Notes under the pieces: generated by a model
What the model saw: the letters and a program-made list of their open reading frames with translations, nothing else
Told to the model about the DNA's origin: nothing
Database searches by the model: none
Program-made: the position numbers and the translations under genes
In this document: positions 13,228 through 26,469 of the stretch, piece by piece
Position numbering within the stretch: the stretch's first letter is position 1
Layout: every line of letters starts with the position of its first letter
Assembly: GCA_964016885.1 (NCBI GenBank)
Contig: OZ024746.1
Span: forward strand, 101,246,001 to 101,310,000
Length of the DNA stretch: 64,000 nt
Reading direction: 5' to 3'
Source: Eledone cirrhosa
Taxonomy: Eukaryota

Positions 13228-14808
13228 CTGTAATAAATACTAAGGCCTTCCCTGGGGAAGAATACACCGCTCAGCACAAATTAGTTATTAGTACTGTAAT
13301 AAATACTAAGGCCTTCCCTGGGGAAGAATACACTGATCAGCACAAATTAGTTATTAGTACTGTAATAAATACTAAGGCCTTCCCTGGGGAAGAATACACT
13401 GACCAGCACAAGTTAGTTATTAGTACTGTAATAAATACTAAGGCCTTCCCTGGGGAAGAATACACTGACCAGCACAAGTTAGTTATTAGTACTGTAATAA
13501 ATACTAAGGCCTTCCCTGGGGAAGAATACACTGACCAGCACAAGTTAGTTATTAGTACTGTAATAAATACTAAGGCCTTCCCTAGGGAAGAATACACTGA
13601 CCAGCACAAATTAGTTATTAGTACTGTAATAAATACTAAGGCCTTCCCTGGGGAAGAATACACCGCTCAGCACAAGTTAGTTATTAGTACTGTAATAAAT
13701 ACTAAGGCCTTCCCTGGGGAAGAATACACTGACCAGCACAAGTTAGTTATTAGTACTGTAATAAATACTAAGGCCTTCCCTGGGGAAGAATACACTGACC
13801 AGCACAAGTTAGTTATTAGTACTGTAATAAATACTAAGGCCTTCCCTGGGGAAGAATACACTGACCAGCACAAGTTAGTTATTAGTACTGTAATAAATAC
13901 TAAGGCCTTCCCTGGGGAAGAATACACTGACCAGTACAAGTTAGTTATTAGTACTGTAATAAATACTAAGGCCTTCCCTGGGGAAGAATACACTGACCAG
14001 CACAAGTTAGTTATTAGTACTGTAATAAATACTAAGGCCTTCCCTGGGGAAGAATACACTGACCAGCACAAGTTAGTTATTAGTACTGTAATAAATACTA
14101 AGGCCTTCCCTGGGGAAGAATACACTGACCAGTACAAGTTAGTTATTAGTACTGTAATAAATACTAAGGCCTTCCCTGGGGAAGAATACACTGACCAGTA
14201 CAAGTTAGTTATTAGTACTGTAATAAATACTAAGGCCTTCCCTGGGGAAGAATACACTGACCAGCACAAGTTAGTTATTAGTACTGTAATAAATACTAAG
14301 GCCTTCCCTGGGGAAGAATACACCGCTCAGCACAAGTTAGTTATTAGTACTGTAATAAATACTAAGGCCTTCCCTGGGGAAGAATACACTGACCAGCACA
14401 AGTTAGTTATTAGTACTGTAATAAATACTAAGGCCTTCCCTGGGGAAGAATACACTGACCAGCACAAGTTAGTTATTAGTACTGTAATAAATACTAAGGC
14501 CTTCCCTGGGGAAGAATACACCGCTCAGCACAAGTTAGTTATTAGTACTGTAATAAATACTAAGGCCTTCCCTGGGGAAGAATACACTGACCAGCACAAG
14601 TTAGTTATTAGTACTGTAATAAATACTAAGGCCTTCCCTGGGGAAGAATACACTGACCAGCACAAGTTAGTTATTAGTACTGTAATAAATACTAAGGCCT
14701 TCCCTGGGGAAGAATACACCGCTCAGCACAAGTTAGTTATTAGTACTGTAATAAATACTAAGGCCTTCCCTGGGGAAGAATACACCGCTCAGCACAAGTT
14801 AGTTATTT
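13228..14808 (+). repeat. 66-bp minisatellite (~24 copies) inside the LINE endonuclease
   Basis: Unit actgtaataaatactaaggccttccctggggaagaatacactgaccagcacaagttagttattagt, in frame as TVINTKAFPGEEYTDQHKLVIS. Confidence 0.97.
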
Positions 14809-16335
14809 ATGACATCAAAATAAACAAAAGACAGAACAAGATGCAGGAAAATATGGAGATGGGGGGTGTGGAAGTTAACCTTTCAGTTAAATATAGGTTT
14901 AGAAAGGTCCTACGGGATGCAGTGGATGAGAGAGGTGATGAGCTAGATACATATAACATAGAGGACAACTAGACATTCCTACATGACAACCTTTTGCGAA
15001 CTACTGACAAGACTTGCGGCTGGAGTAAAGCACCAGCCAGACAGAGGGTGACCTGGTGGTGGAACAGCACAGAGGATAGAGCCATTAATCTCAAGAGACA
15101 GGCTTGGAAAGACTGGAAAAATGGGGGTAGCAGAGTGATGCTCAAAAGAAAGAGGCCTGGAAATGTTACTATGAAAGACTGATGAATGTAGAGAATGAAT
15201 GGTAAGAAGAAAAACTACCCACAACCCACCCAATAGAAGGGCCAGCTACTGAAGTTGATAGTTAAAAGTTTTAAAGAGATGAAAAATGGTAAAGCTGCAA
15301 GACCATCAGAGAGAGTGGTTGAGATGCTAAAAGCATCAGAAATAGGAGTTGAACTAGTGACCCACATAGTAAATCAAATAAAACATGACAGTCACACCCA
15401 ATAACTGGCACAGCAGTACAAACTAGTAACCCTACATAGTCAGTCAGGTAATACAGGACTATGTTATACCCAATAACTGGTACAGCAGTACAATCATAAA
15501 TTGCAACAAGGGCAAAGGTGATGCCCTTGAAATGAGCAACTATAGAGGAATAAAACTAATGGACTAAGTTATGAAAGTGACAAAAAGAGTTATAGAGCTG
15601 CTAATTAAGGAAAGAGTCAAAACAGATGAGATGTAGTTTGGTTTCATGATTGGGAAAAGTTATACAGATGCCCTCTTCTTAGTGAGGCAACTACAGGAGA
15701 AGTTCCTAGCCAAAAATAAACCACTATATTTAGCTTTTGTTGATCTAGAGAAGGCCTTTGACAAAGTACTCTGATCTATTATCTGGTGGTCCTTAAGGAG
15801 ATTAGGTGTAAAAGAATGGTTGGTGAGAGCAGTGCAAGCTATGTACAGAGGAGCTGTCAGCAAAGTGAGAGTATGAAATGAGTTTAGTCAGGTTCAAGGT
15901 ACAAGCAGGCGTTCATCAACGTTCAATTCTTAGCCCACTACTATTCATTATAGTCCTCTAACAGAGGAGTTGCAGTCAGGCTGCCCATGGGAACTTCTCT
16001 ATGAAGATGATCTGGTGCTTATAGCTTAATCCATTAAAGATCTAGAAAATAAGTTCTGACTATAGAAACAAAAGGCCAAAGAGTAAACTTAGCCAAAATT
16101 AAAGTGCTAGTGAGTAGGAGAGAAGATAGGACCCTGATTCCTTCAGGGAAGTGGCCCTGCTCAATATGTAGAAAGGGAGTTGTACACAATGTAAATCTTG
16201 GATACACAAGAGATGTAGTGGGATAACTAGTAGACTAACAGGAATGGAAGACTGTTTATAGAGGATGCACAGGGGTAACTAAGAGTAAGTTAAACAGTGA
16301 TACAGAAGTGGTTGATAGCTTCTGCTATATGGGTA

Positions 16336-16740
16336 ATTCAACCAGTCTTACTATATAGAAGTGAAACATGGACACTTTCATCCAAACAACAAAAGCACCT
16401 TGATGGCCCCCTACACTCGCCTGCTTCAACGTATTCAGAACGTAAGCTGGTGACATCTGACTTTGAGAGAAATATATGTCGGCCTCCCACACATATCTGT
16501 CGTTGTACGTAAAAGGAGAGTAAGATTTGCTGGTCACTGCCATCGTGCCACCTATGAGGCTGTGTCCCCATTAGTGCTTTGGAAACCACAAGCAGTCACT
16601 AATAACAGGGGACACAAGCTCTCCTACGTCATCTCCAGAGATTCTGGTATTGAAATCCAGGACTTGGCAACGGCAATGAACGACAGAACTACGTGGGGAT
16701 CAATTGTTGAGTGAATTTCGGCTGAGGCCGCCGGATGATG
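16336..16740 (+). mobile_element. 3' fragment of a second RTE-type LINE nested in the first
   Basis: IQPVLLYRSETWTLS...RRVRFAGHCHRA...LVLWKP ending in gatgatgat. Flanked by degenerate duplication atatgggtaat/atctgggcaat, and the host RT frame resumes after it. Confidence 0.75.
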
Positions 16741-17345
16741 ATCTGGGCAATGTAATGAGCAATGGAGGGGTGGGAGAGCATAGTTGCTAGAATAAGGATA
16801 GGATGGAAAAAGTTTATAAAGCTACTCCCACTGTTGATCTGTTGACCACAAAAGAACAACTGTTTGATGCTTGTGTACGATGCTGCATGGTTATGAAACA
16901 TGGGCTGTGACTGCTGAGGACGTGCGTAGACTGGAAAGAAATGAAGCGACTATGCTTCATTGGATGTGCAATGTAAATGTGAGAAGAAGGCAGAGCTTGG
17001 ATGAGTTAAGGGAGAAGCTGGGTTTAAGGAGAATCTGAGGTGGTGTGTAGGAGAGAAAACTGTGTTGGTTTGGACATGTGATGTACATGAATGATGACTG
17101 TTGGGTGAAGAAATGCCAGGAAATCCCAGTGGAAGGAAGCCATATTAGAGGATGACCAAGACCTAGGCGAGAGCTGACTTCAAATCACTGAAACTTACAG
17201 AGATGATAAAGGAACATGGTAAGTGGAGATATGCTCTGTTGAGAAGGACCCATCCAGCCATTGCAAGCATGAACATTGTACAAAGACTGAACAGAACTCA
17301 TTGGATATTTTCATTAAAAAATATCTCCATTCCATAGCCAAAATC

Positions 17346-17868
17346 ATGGCTATGTGGTTTAGAAGTTTGCTTTGTAACTACATGGTTTGAGGTACAGACC
17401 TACTATAGCCTTGGATTGATCAATGCCATGTTGGCATGGTTTGAGGTACAGACCTACTATAGCCTTGGATTGATCAATGCCATGTTGGTATGGTTTGAGG
17501 TACAGACCTACTATAGCCTTGGATTGATCAATGCCATGTTGGTATGGTTTGAGGTACAGACCTACTATAGCCTTGGATTGATCAATGCCATGTTGGCATG
17601 GTTTGAGGTACAGACCTACTATAGCCTTGGATTGATCAATGCCATGTTGGTATGGTTTGAGGTACAGACCTACTATAGCCTTGGATTGATCAATGCCATG
17701 TTGGTATGGTTTGAGGTACAGACCTACTATAGCCTTGGATTGATCAATGCCATGTTGGCATGGTTTGAGGTACAGACCTACTATAGCCTTGGATTGATCA
17801 ATGCCATGTTGGCATGGTTTGAGGTACAGACCTACTATAGCCTTGGATTGATCAATGCCATGTTGGTG
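17346..17868 (+). repeat. 54-bp minisatellite (9 copies, 17381-17868) expanded inside a tRNA-SINE head
   Basis: Unit catggtttgaggtacagacctactatagccttggattgatcaatgccatgttgg follows an A-box-like tggctatgtggtttag. Confidence 0.85.
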
Positions 17869-19177
17869 AAATTTGGGAGATGGAAACTGTGCAGAAACCC
17901 ATCATGTATATATATGTGTGTAAGTCTGTCTGCTTGTAAATTTACTGTTTGTTTATGTCCTCTAACTTAGCAGTTCAACAAATAGAGATTGATAAAATAA
18001 GTACTAGGATTAATATGAGCAAGTAAATCCCTTTACTGAAGCCTGTAAAAGATTTCCACCTAAAATATATTAAAATGTTTAATCAGGAAAACAAAACTTT
18101 ATAAAAAGAATGAGATTGCATGTTTATATTTTGTACAAAGGTATACATTGGAAGACAAACAATGGATTTTAATAAAGAAGTGAAAAAACAAAACAAAAAA
18201 AACAACAACCCCTCCTGCAAACAAAAATCTGGAGTCATTTGAAATAGTTTTCTTCAACTTGAGATTCATAAAAGTCTACAACAGCTTTCAAAGTGTTTTG
18301 ATAATGAATTTAACAGCTTTATATAATGCTAAACACATTTTAATTAATTGGATAAGACTAAAAAGCAAATACTACAGTATCATCAATATTTACAAAAGAT
18401 TTGGCAATAACAACTCAAGCTAAAAACATAGTTTTAATGATAGGGCAATATATTTAGGTTCTCACTAACATTTTATAACTCTTAAAGATCACAAATCTAA
18501 TTTTCCTGTTAGCTCTAACTATAATTTAATCAATGCACAAAAGCCAAATTAGAAATTGTTAGCAAGCATATCCTAGATGCAATTTAGACTAGAAATGTCT
18601 TTATGAAACAAAAGTATCCGAATAATAGAATAGTTTAATAGAATTAGCACAAAGAACACTGTAAATTGACCTAGTTTGATATTATTGATTTCCCCACTCA
18701 CTAAACCTCTTCTTCTCAAAGGTTTACTTTCTGCCAACAACAATGTGCTTGTCAATGAATTTGATATCAAAATAATTATGAATGCACGAAATCCCTTTTC
18801 ATTGTTTGACAGTTCAATTTGGGTAATGATGAGAAAATGAACACAAATTGATGACAGGGGCAATAAATAGTGCTCCATAATTATCAGAATTTACATTTTA
18901 AACTATTTTCATAAAAAAAATCCTATCATGAAAGGCAGCCTTTACAGAGATGGTGGGCTTTTAATCACACAATATGAATAGTTAAAATTTACTAAAAAAA
19001 GGCCCCCACAAAACATTTTTGTGATGTGGGTTTAACAATTACAGTTGATATCATTCTCAGTGTAGCTATATTTTTGTTGTTATTTCTTCAAACTTAGACA
19101 ATAATAAACATTTGTAACTGGGTTAAGCAATAAATCTCATATGTAACACCTCTACTTTGTTCTTATTATATATACTC

Positions 19178-19281
19178 TGCCGAGGTTGACTTTGCCTTTC
19201 ATCCTTACGGGGTCGATAAAATAAAGTACCAGTAATGCACTGGGTAATTGCTGGCCTTGTGCCTAAAGTAGAAACAATTAT
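19178..19281 (+). mobile_element. SINE family A, 5'-truncated
   Basis: gccgaggttgactttgcctttcatccttacggggtcgataaaataaagtaccag...gtagaaacaatta. Flanked by repeated attatatatactctg (possible TSD). Confidence 0.85.
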
Positions 19282-20416
19282 ATATACTCTGCTGTGTATC
19301 GAGAGTTGACATTGGTACACTCACTGGTTTTCTTTGGACTTACTCAACCTTTTGCACACACACACACATATATAAAGATTTAATTTGTGTTTTTTTTTCC
19401 TTAGTGTGAACATGTTTTCACAATGATCAAAAGAAAGTAAAGATTAAATTATTAAAACATACAAAATTTAGGAAAAGTCTAAATGTAATACCATATAGAA
19501 AACATCTGAAATGGAAATATAATCTAAAACAAAAGCTGGATAGACATTTAAGATATATATGAGTACTATAGTATATGAAAGGAATACATCTTGCTGAATT
19601 TCTTAAAATGATGTACCTTATTTTTTCTTTTGTTACAAAAAACAACTAATAATAATGGCTTGATGAGAAGAAGAAAGGCAGTGCCTAGGACTTTTTTCTA
19701 TGGATTCCAAGATATATGTGGGGAAAAAAGTGAGAAAGTTTCTTTAAATTGGAGGCCTGGTTAAATACTTGTAACAGTGGGAACTCTGCTACACTGAAGG
19801 ACCAGTGCAAATTGTTGAAGTCCATTGTAGTGCTGAGTGTGGAAATGATGATGATGATGGTGATGATGTTGATGTTGATGATGATGATGTTAAGTACAAA
19901 GAATTGGGATGACAAATATGCAGCATATTAGTTGTGCACTAATAAACAATGGATGTGTAGATGTTGGTATAAACACATGCACATATATTTATACATGTGA
20001 TTAAACTTATCTACTCACATGTGTGTATGTATGCATCCATGAGTGTGTGTGTATATATATACACCTACAGTTGTGGACACACACACACACATAGGGAGAT
20101 ACATATATATATGTTCAAGTACATATAGTAAAAAGTGATAAAAAAGGTCTGGTGTCATAGGGGCTGTAAACATTGCCTCAAAAAGTCCCATCCAACCCAT
20201 GCCATCATGGCAAAGAGGTCATATAAATGATGATGATAATGATGTCCCCACTCTCTCCTTCACACACATAGAATGAGAAAAATCGAATCATGCATTATAA
20301 GACCAGAAGCAAATAAAAAAAATATACAAACAAATGACAGAATCATGCAATTTGCTTCTTATGTTGGGATAAAGCAGAAAGTAAGAGACAGAGTTAACAG
20401 TTCAACATGCATCTAC

Positions 20417-20662
20417 CTTTTGGGTCCAGCAAGACCAACTTGTGAGCCATTAGAAGAGAGTGACCAGCCATCTTGGTCAGCAGTATTTAGGCTTAACAGG
20501 TGGGAATTGACAGAAACAGGAGTGTTCCACATGGTTGAGTGCAGGTGAGGTGTGAGTGGATCGGTCAAGCAGGAATCGTTGGAATGTATTGGAGAGGTTA
20601 GATCTTCGGACATGCTTTGTTTTCTGCCAACCAGACTGCTACCTTCACTGCAAGTACTCTCA
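20417..20662 (-). CDS. PLEKHG4: RhoGEF exon, Ser-rich linker before DH domain
   Basis: ccttacag|T GAG AGT...CCA AAA AG|gtaga, 246 nt, phase 2/2, open frame (ESTCSEGSSLVGRKQSMSEDLTSP...GLAGPK). The phases fit both flanking exons. Confidence 0.7.
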
Positions 20663-21654
20663 CTGTAAGGTTGACATGTACACGACAACATCAGTAGAAC
20701 ATGCAAAATATTACAAACAATATCAAAGGACACGTTTAGTAACAATACTAATAATAATAATAATACAAACCTTTTTGTTTATTATTTTTAAGGAGGTAAG
20801 AGTTATACTGGAATTTTAAGAAGGTTCCAGAATAATTATAGAATTCCTTATAGCAGACCTCTCCCCCACATGACCAAAAGAAAACAACAACTAACAAATA
20901 AAAATAATACTATACTTGAACAATATCTGAATGTTAAATTAAGGTTGCATGTAAGTTTTTTGATAATTTATTTAACATTCAATAAATGTGCAGCTTAACT
21001 AAGAAACAGAGATGTTTTACTGACATTTACATAACATTAAACAAGTAAAATGAATTCTCTGTTGGTTTCACTAAAGTGTACAGCTATTGTTCACTGGAAT
21101 ATAGTGTCAGTGATGGACTCAAACACTTCCATGTAATAATCCTCAGATTTAGTTTTCAAATCTTTAAGAAGTTAGCTTAGCTTTTTATTTACAATAGCAC
21201 CTGTTTCCTTTTGGGTTTAAAATTTATATTCTTCTTATGGTTTTAAGAACGAATCTAGGCTTCAAAACTGTCAGAAATTAATCATTATTTAGTTAGGGTT
21301 AGGGGCACCCATAGAGTTCTCAGGGTTTGGAATATTATACTTATTTTGCTTTGGAGGAGAAATTTATGTTTTTCCTATTATTTTTTTTATGTGTTTTTAA
21401 TGAATATGGTGTTCAAAAACTAGTCAATTGGGGGATGTCACATCAGCTGATGGTTGGATCTTCAACTGTCAAAGATGGTTATATTCAGAGAATTGCAGGA
21501 ATGAACATATCCAAAGCACTGATAGAATGATTAACTAAATTGAACATTCAAAACTTGTCATACTGATATCTCTTTGGGGATATTGAATACAATCTCATCA
21601 TCTGCTTGGAAAATAATCATGGATTTGGAAGGATTTAGCAATATAACATTGTCA

Positions 21655-21855
21655 TTGGATTGGCAGAATTGTTAGAGCACTGAACAAAATGCTTTGCAGT
21701 ATTTGTTTCTGTTCTTTATGTTCTGATTTCAAATCCCACTGAGGTCAATTTTACCTTTGATCCTTCCGAGGTTGATAAAATGAAGTACCAGTCAAATACT
21801 GGGGAGCAATATCATTGACTTTCCCTTTTCCCAAATTGATGTTAGAAACAAATAT
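21655..21855 (+). mobile_element. Older SINE related to family A
   Basis: tggcagaattgttagagc head, ttcaaatccc box, gatccttccgaggttgataaaatgaagtaccag core. Confidence 0.7.
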
Positions 21856-22263
21856 TAAGCTGGTGTTTGGAACATAGCTTAAACAAGGGTCTTACATGCA
21901 ATTATGATGGTAGGATTTTAGATAAACATAACCACCTGGAAACAGTTTTGTAACATAAAAGTAGGAGCAGTTTCATGCAGTTTCTTATTTCCAAGTTTTA
22001 AAGCTAAGCTAACTTCTTAAACATTTGTCCAAATCACCATTTTGAGAATGCTGGCTAAGGCCATGCTGGACCCCAACCAGGTAAACAAGCTGCACAAGTA
22101 TTTATATGTGTATGTGAATCATTGTTTATATCCAGGTTAACCCTCATTCACTAAATCAAGCCATCATAATTGTGTATTTTTGTAATATATATATGTATAC
22201 TATATTTTATGTATGTGTGTATGTATATATATATATGTGTGTATGTATATATATATATGTGTG

Positions 22264-22315
<52 letters not shown>

Positions 22316-22526
22316 TATGTGTGTATGTATATATATAAGATGTGCCTTGATCATAATTACTAAGGTGGCCTCGGTAGATATCCTAAGACGCTATAACGAA
22401 GTGGGCTGTCTTGTATGTCTACCTTGGGATTTTAAGTGTTTCTCTTTTAGAAGTCAATCCTACCTAAATTGTGATATGAAATTATACCAGCCTTGTAACA
22501 TGTTCTGGTCAAATATGCATGATATA

Positions 22527-22872
22527 GGAGGCACATGGCTTAGTGGTTAGAGCATTGGCCTTGCAATCGAAAGGTTGTGAGTTCAATTCTCAGACCGGGT
22601 GATGTGTTGTTTCCTTGAGCAAGACACTTTATTTCACATTGCTCCAGTTTACTCAGCTGTAGAGATAAGATGATAGGGACTGGGGTCCATATCATTCCAC
22701 TGCAAAGTGGTCGTGGAGGTGCCACGGCAAAAAAGTACCCAGCACTCACTGTAAATGAGGTTGGTGTTAGGAAGGGCATCCAGCTGTAGAAATCAAGCCA
22801 GAATCAGTTCCCGTCCCACCCTTGCAAGCAGGGAAAAGCGGACGTAAAATGAAATGATGATGATGATGATGA
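22527..22872 (+). mobile_element. Full-length SINE family B
   Basis: tRNA-like head with A-box tggcttagtgg and B-box gagttcaattc, body ccttgagcaagacacttt, RTE-like tail gcggacgtaaaatga(tga)n. Confidence 0.9.
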
Positions 22873-23892
22873 TACATCTGGTGATTCCATACCACATTGA
22901 GCAGTGGACATCTAATCCTCCCATGACTAGTAGAGGCATAATCTGCTGATTCCCCATAATCTGCTGATTGGCCTGGCAAATAGGAAACCAGACATTTGAA
23001 AGTCGTAGAGACAGCTGGGCACAAGAATGGTGTTTTTGGCTGCCTCTGGCCACTTGTCCTATATCGATCTTTTGGTTGTTATATTTTTTATTGTAGATGT
23101 GCATTGAAATCCCATCCTGGATTTGTTTAATCCTCACAGAGGCTATATCATGTGCTTAACACAGAGCTGTGGTAATATAGAGCTTACTAAGTTGATATAG
23201 CAGTAGTAATAATGTGAGCTGTCTGATGTGACTTGCACAGATGGGTTTTGTTAAATGAAACTGCGCACCATCCAACAGGCCTTAAAATACCGTAGGAAGC
23301 ATACGTAGTTGCTTCAAACTTGTATAACACTGCTTGATATGCCGGTGATATTCATTTTATTTTGATGGCAGAGACATGTGCGTCACTATAGTTTGTTGCT
23401 GGATTTTTAAAATATGTTAGAAGAAAACTATAATAGTAAATATGAAGCCACTTTCTATTTAGATCCAGGGTTAGTTTGTAGTTTAATTATCTATAATAAC
23501 TACCTTCAGTTCTAGTAGTTTAAATAGTTTATTGTTATACACACTTTCGCTGAACATTCTAATATATATTTTGCTGAACATTTCTAAGACAACAAAAAAC
23601 AATTGTTTAATTATCTATATTTTTATATTGATTTATTCATTGATATGTCAATATATTCTATTATAATATAAGATCAATACCAGTGTTTTACGGTTAGAGG
23701 GTTTTGTGTACCGTTGGAAATCTTATAAAGAAGAATTAATTTTAAACTTAAATTCTTACAAAGTTATTAATCCTCTTTTCCATTTTTTACTTTTTGTATA
23801 TTTTTATATGCCTATCATTGACGAACTACTGTCCTTTTTTTCATCAATATGCCTATCATTGACCAATTACTGTCCTTTTTCTCATCAATAAC

Positions 23893-24605
23893 AGGTAGGG
23901 AGAAATATGTGTGCAGTAGATGTACAGGGAAATTAGACAGTAGAAGTCGCATTGATCGATACATTTTTCAAATGCAGGCGGGTGCTATAGAAGTGGTGGA
24001 TAGCTTCCGGTACCTAGGAGATCAGATTAGCATGGGAGGGGGGTGTGTGTGTGTTCCGAGGCCATAGTATCTAGAATAAGGACGGGTTGGAAGAAGTTTA
24101 GGGAGCTGCTTCCTCTGCTGACGAAGAAGGGTTTCTCCCTGCGTACGAAAGGCCGGTTATATGATGCCTGTATGAGGAGCGCGATGTTGCATGGTAGTGA
24201 GACATGGGCAGCAACTGCAGAGGATATGCAACGGCTGGAGAGAAATGAGGCAAGCATGCTCCATTGGATGTGCGTGAACGACCCAGCATGAATGTGTTGT
24301 GAGAGAAACTGTGTCTGAGAGGGATAGAATGTAGTGTCGGGAGAGGAGACTGAGGTGGTATGGACATGTGATGCGCATGGAGGATGACCGATGGGGGAAG
24401 AAGTGCCAGGAAATGCCAGTTGAAGGAAGACGTGGTAGAGGTAGACCACGAAAAACATGGGCGGAGGTGGTGAGAACAGACCTCAGATCGCTGAAGGTCA
24501 TGGTGGAGATGATGAAGGACCGTGACAAGTGGAGAGATGCTGTGCTGAATAAGACCCGTCCCACCCTTGCAAGCAGGGAAGAGCGGACGTAAAATGATGA
24601 TGATG
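23893..24605 (+). mobile_element. RTE-type LINE 3' fragment
   Basis: IEVVDSFRYLGDQI...RIRTGWKKFRELLPLL...KGRLYDACMRSAMLHGSETWA...GRGRPRKTW, then tail cccacccttgcaagcagggaagagcggacgtaaaa(tga)n. Confidence 0.9.
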
Positions 24606-24701
24606 TTGATATGTGTGTGTGTCTGTATATATATATATATATGAGTGTGTGTGTACATGTTTATATATATGTGTGTGTGTGTACATGTTTATATATATAT
24701 A

Positions 24702-25005
24702 TGGAGACACATGGCTTAGTGGTTAGAGCATTGGCCTTGCAATCGAAAGGTTGTGAGTTCAACTCTCAGACCGGGTGATATGTTGTTTCCTTGAGCAAGA
24801 CACTTTATTTCACATTGCTCCAGTTTACTCAGCTGTAGAAAGTAGTTGTGGAGGTGCCACGGCAAAAAAGCACCCAGCACTCACTGTAAATGAGGTTGGT
24901 GTTAGGAAGGGCATCCAGCTGTAGAAATCAAGCCAGAATCAGTTCCCGTCCCACCCTTGCAAGCAGGGAAAAAGCAGACGTAAAATGAAATGATGAAATG
25001 AAATG
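24702..25005 (+). mobile_element. Full-length SINE family B
   Basis: Near-identical to 22527-22872 with an internal deletion. Confidence 0.9.
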
Positions 25006-25065
25006 ATATATATATATATATATATATATATGTAAGTATGTTTTGAAACAGTGAGCGAGTTTGAA

Positions 25066-25410
25066 ATTAGAAATATAAGCTTTCACCGTATTTTTGACTA
25101 AATAAATTTTTTTTTAGCCTGATAGTGGGGTTTAGAACCCTCAGGGAAATGGAAAAAGATGAGTATTGACGTACATGAGAGTAGAGGGTTCTAAACCCCA
25201 CTATCAGGCTAAAAAAAATTATATATATATATTAGAAATATAAGCTTTCACCGTATTTTTGACTAAAGACATTTTTTTTAGCCTGATAGTGGGGTTTAGA
25301 ACCCTCTACTCTCATGTACTTCAATACTCATCTTTTTCCATTTCCCTGAGGGTTCTAAACTCCACTATCAGGCTAAAAAAAAATTTCTTTAGTCAAAAAT
25401 ACGGTGAAAG

Positions 25411-25415
<5 letters not shown>
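25066..25415. mobile_element. Two tandem fold-back (hairpin) copies of one short element
   Basis: Arms gcctgatagtggggtttagaaccctc / gagggttctaaaccccactatcaggc. The same family recurs at 62535-62668. Confidence 0.85.
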
Positions 25416-25477
<62 letters not shown>

Positions 25478-25520
25478 GTATGTATGTATGTATGTATGTA
25501 TGTATGTATGTATGTATGTA

Positions 25521-25571
<51 letters not shown>

Positions 25572-25849
25572 TCGTGTTAGTGTCTGTATATATATATATA
25601 TATATATATGTGTGTATATTAGGTGAAGGCATGTGGCTGAGTGGTTAGAGAATTGGATTCACAATCTTGAGGTTGTGAGTTCGATTCCTGTACTGGGCGA
25701 TGCGTTATGTCCTTGAGCAAGACACTTTAAATCACCTTGCTCCTTGTACCTGGAGTTGTGACCAATAGATAGTACTAGCAACTGGAAAGACCAACAGAAA
25801 CATTGTTTCCTCGGTCCGATTTGATGAAATTCGATCGATCCTTTATATA

Positions 25850-26056
25850 TATGTGTCTGTATACAGATGTGTACAATTGTATTATTCAATATATGTGTGT
25901 GTATACAGATGTGTACAATTGTATTATTCAATATATGTGTGTGTATACAGATGTGTACAATTGTATTATTCAATATATGTGTGTGTATACAGATGTGTAC
26001 AATTGTATTATTCAATATATGTGTGTGTATACAGATGTGTACAATTGTATTATTCA
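25850..26056. repeat. 42-bp minisatellite, ~5 copies
   Basis: gtatacagatgtgtacaattgtattattcaatatatgtgtgt tandem. Confidence 0.95.
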
Positions 26057-26106
26057 AAATGTAATTATTACTGACTGTTGGACAAAATACTGGTTAGTTG
26101 ACATCA

Positions 26107-26275
26107 TAGTGGTTGTTGTAGTAGTGGTAGAGGTAGTAGTAGTAGTGGTGGTAATGGTGGTGGTAGTGGTAGTAGTAGTGGTGGTGGTGGTAGTAGTGGT
26201 GGCAGTAGTAGTAGTGCTGGTAGTAGTGTTAGTGGTGGTAGTAGTGGTAGTAGTAGTAGTAGTAGTAGTATTAGT
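26107..26275. repeat. (GTA/GTG)n trinucleotide microsatellite
   Basis: Direct reading. Confidence 0.95.
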
Positions 26276-26469
26276 TGTAACAATTCATAGAAAATCAAGA
26301 AATTATTTCAATATAAAATAATTTGTACTTATAGTCAACACTATACATTAATATACACATATACATACATTAATATATACACACCTAAATATACATACCT
26401 GAATATATATACACACACACATACATATATAATAATATATTAAAGAAGAAATTAAAAGATGGTTAATAT

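Larger units (their letters stand above)
12600..17275 (+). pseudogene. Near full-length decayed RTE-type LINE (APE endonuclease, RT, Cys-rich insert, C-terminus)
   Basis: APE motifs GIGILL, VSDRII, AGDFNGH, G.RNEEG.RLLEFC, SQIDYLL. RT motifs NYRGIKL, LVRQLQEKFLAKNKPLYLAFVDLEKAFD and PWELLY.DDLV. KWPCSICRKGV insert and LCWFGHVM C-terminus. Many stops and frameshifts. Confidence 0.9.

Noticed and set aside
12984-14972. 662-aa ORF as a host gene
   Set aside because: LINE endonuclease remnant inflated by a 66-bp tandem repeat; the surrounding ORF is broken.
18573-18878. Possible extra RhoGEF exon
   Set aside because: No recognisable homology and only a weak donor (ag|gtcaat); flanking exons already join in phase.
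22527-22610. tRNA gene
   Set aside because: A/B boxes belong to SINE heads that continue into SINE body and tail; no complete cloverleaf.
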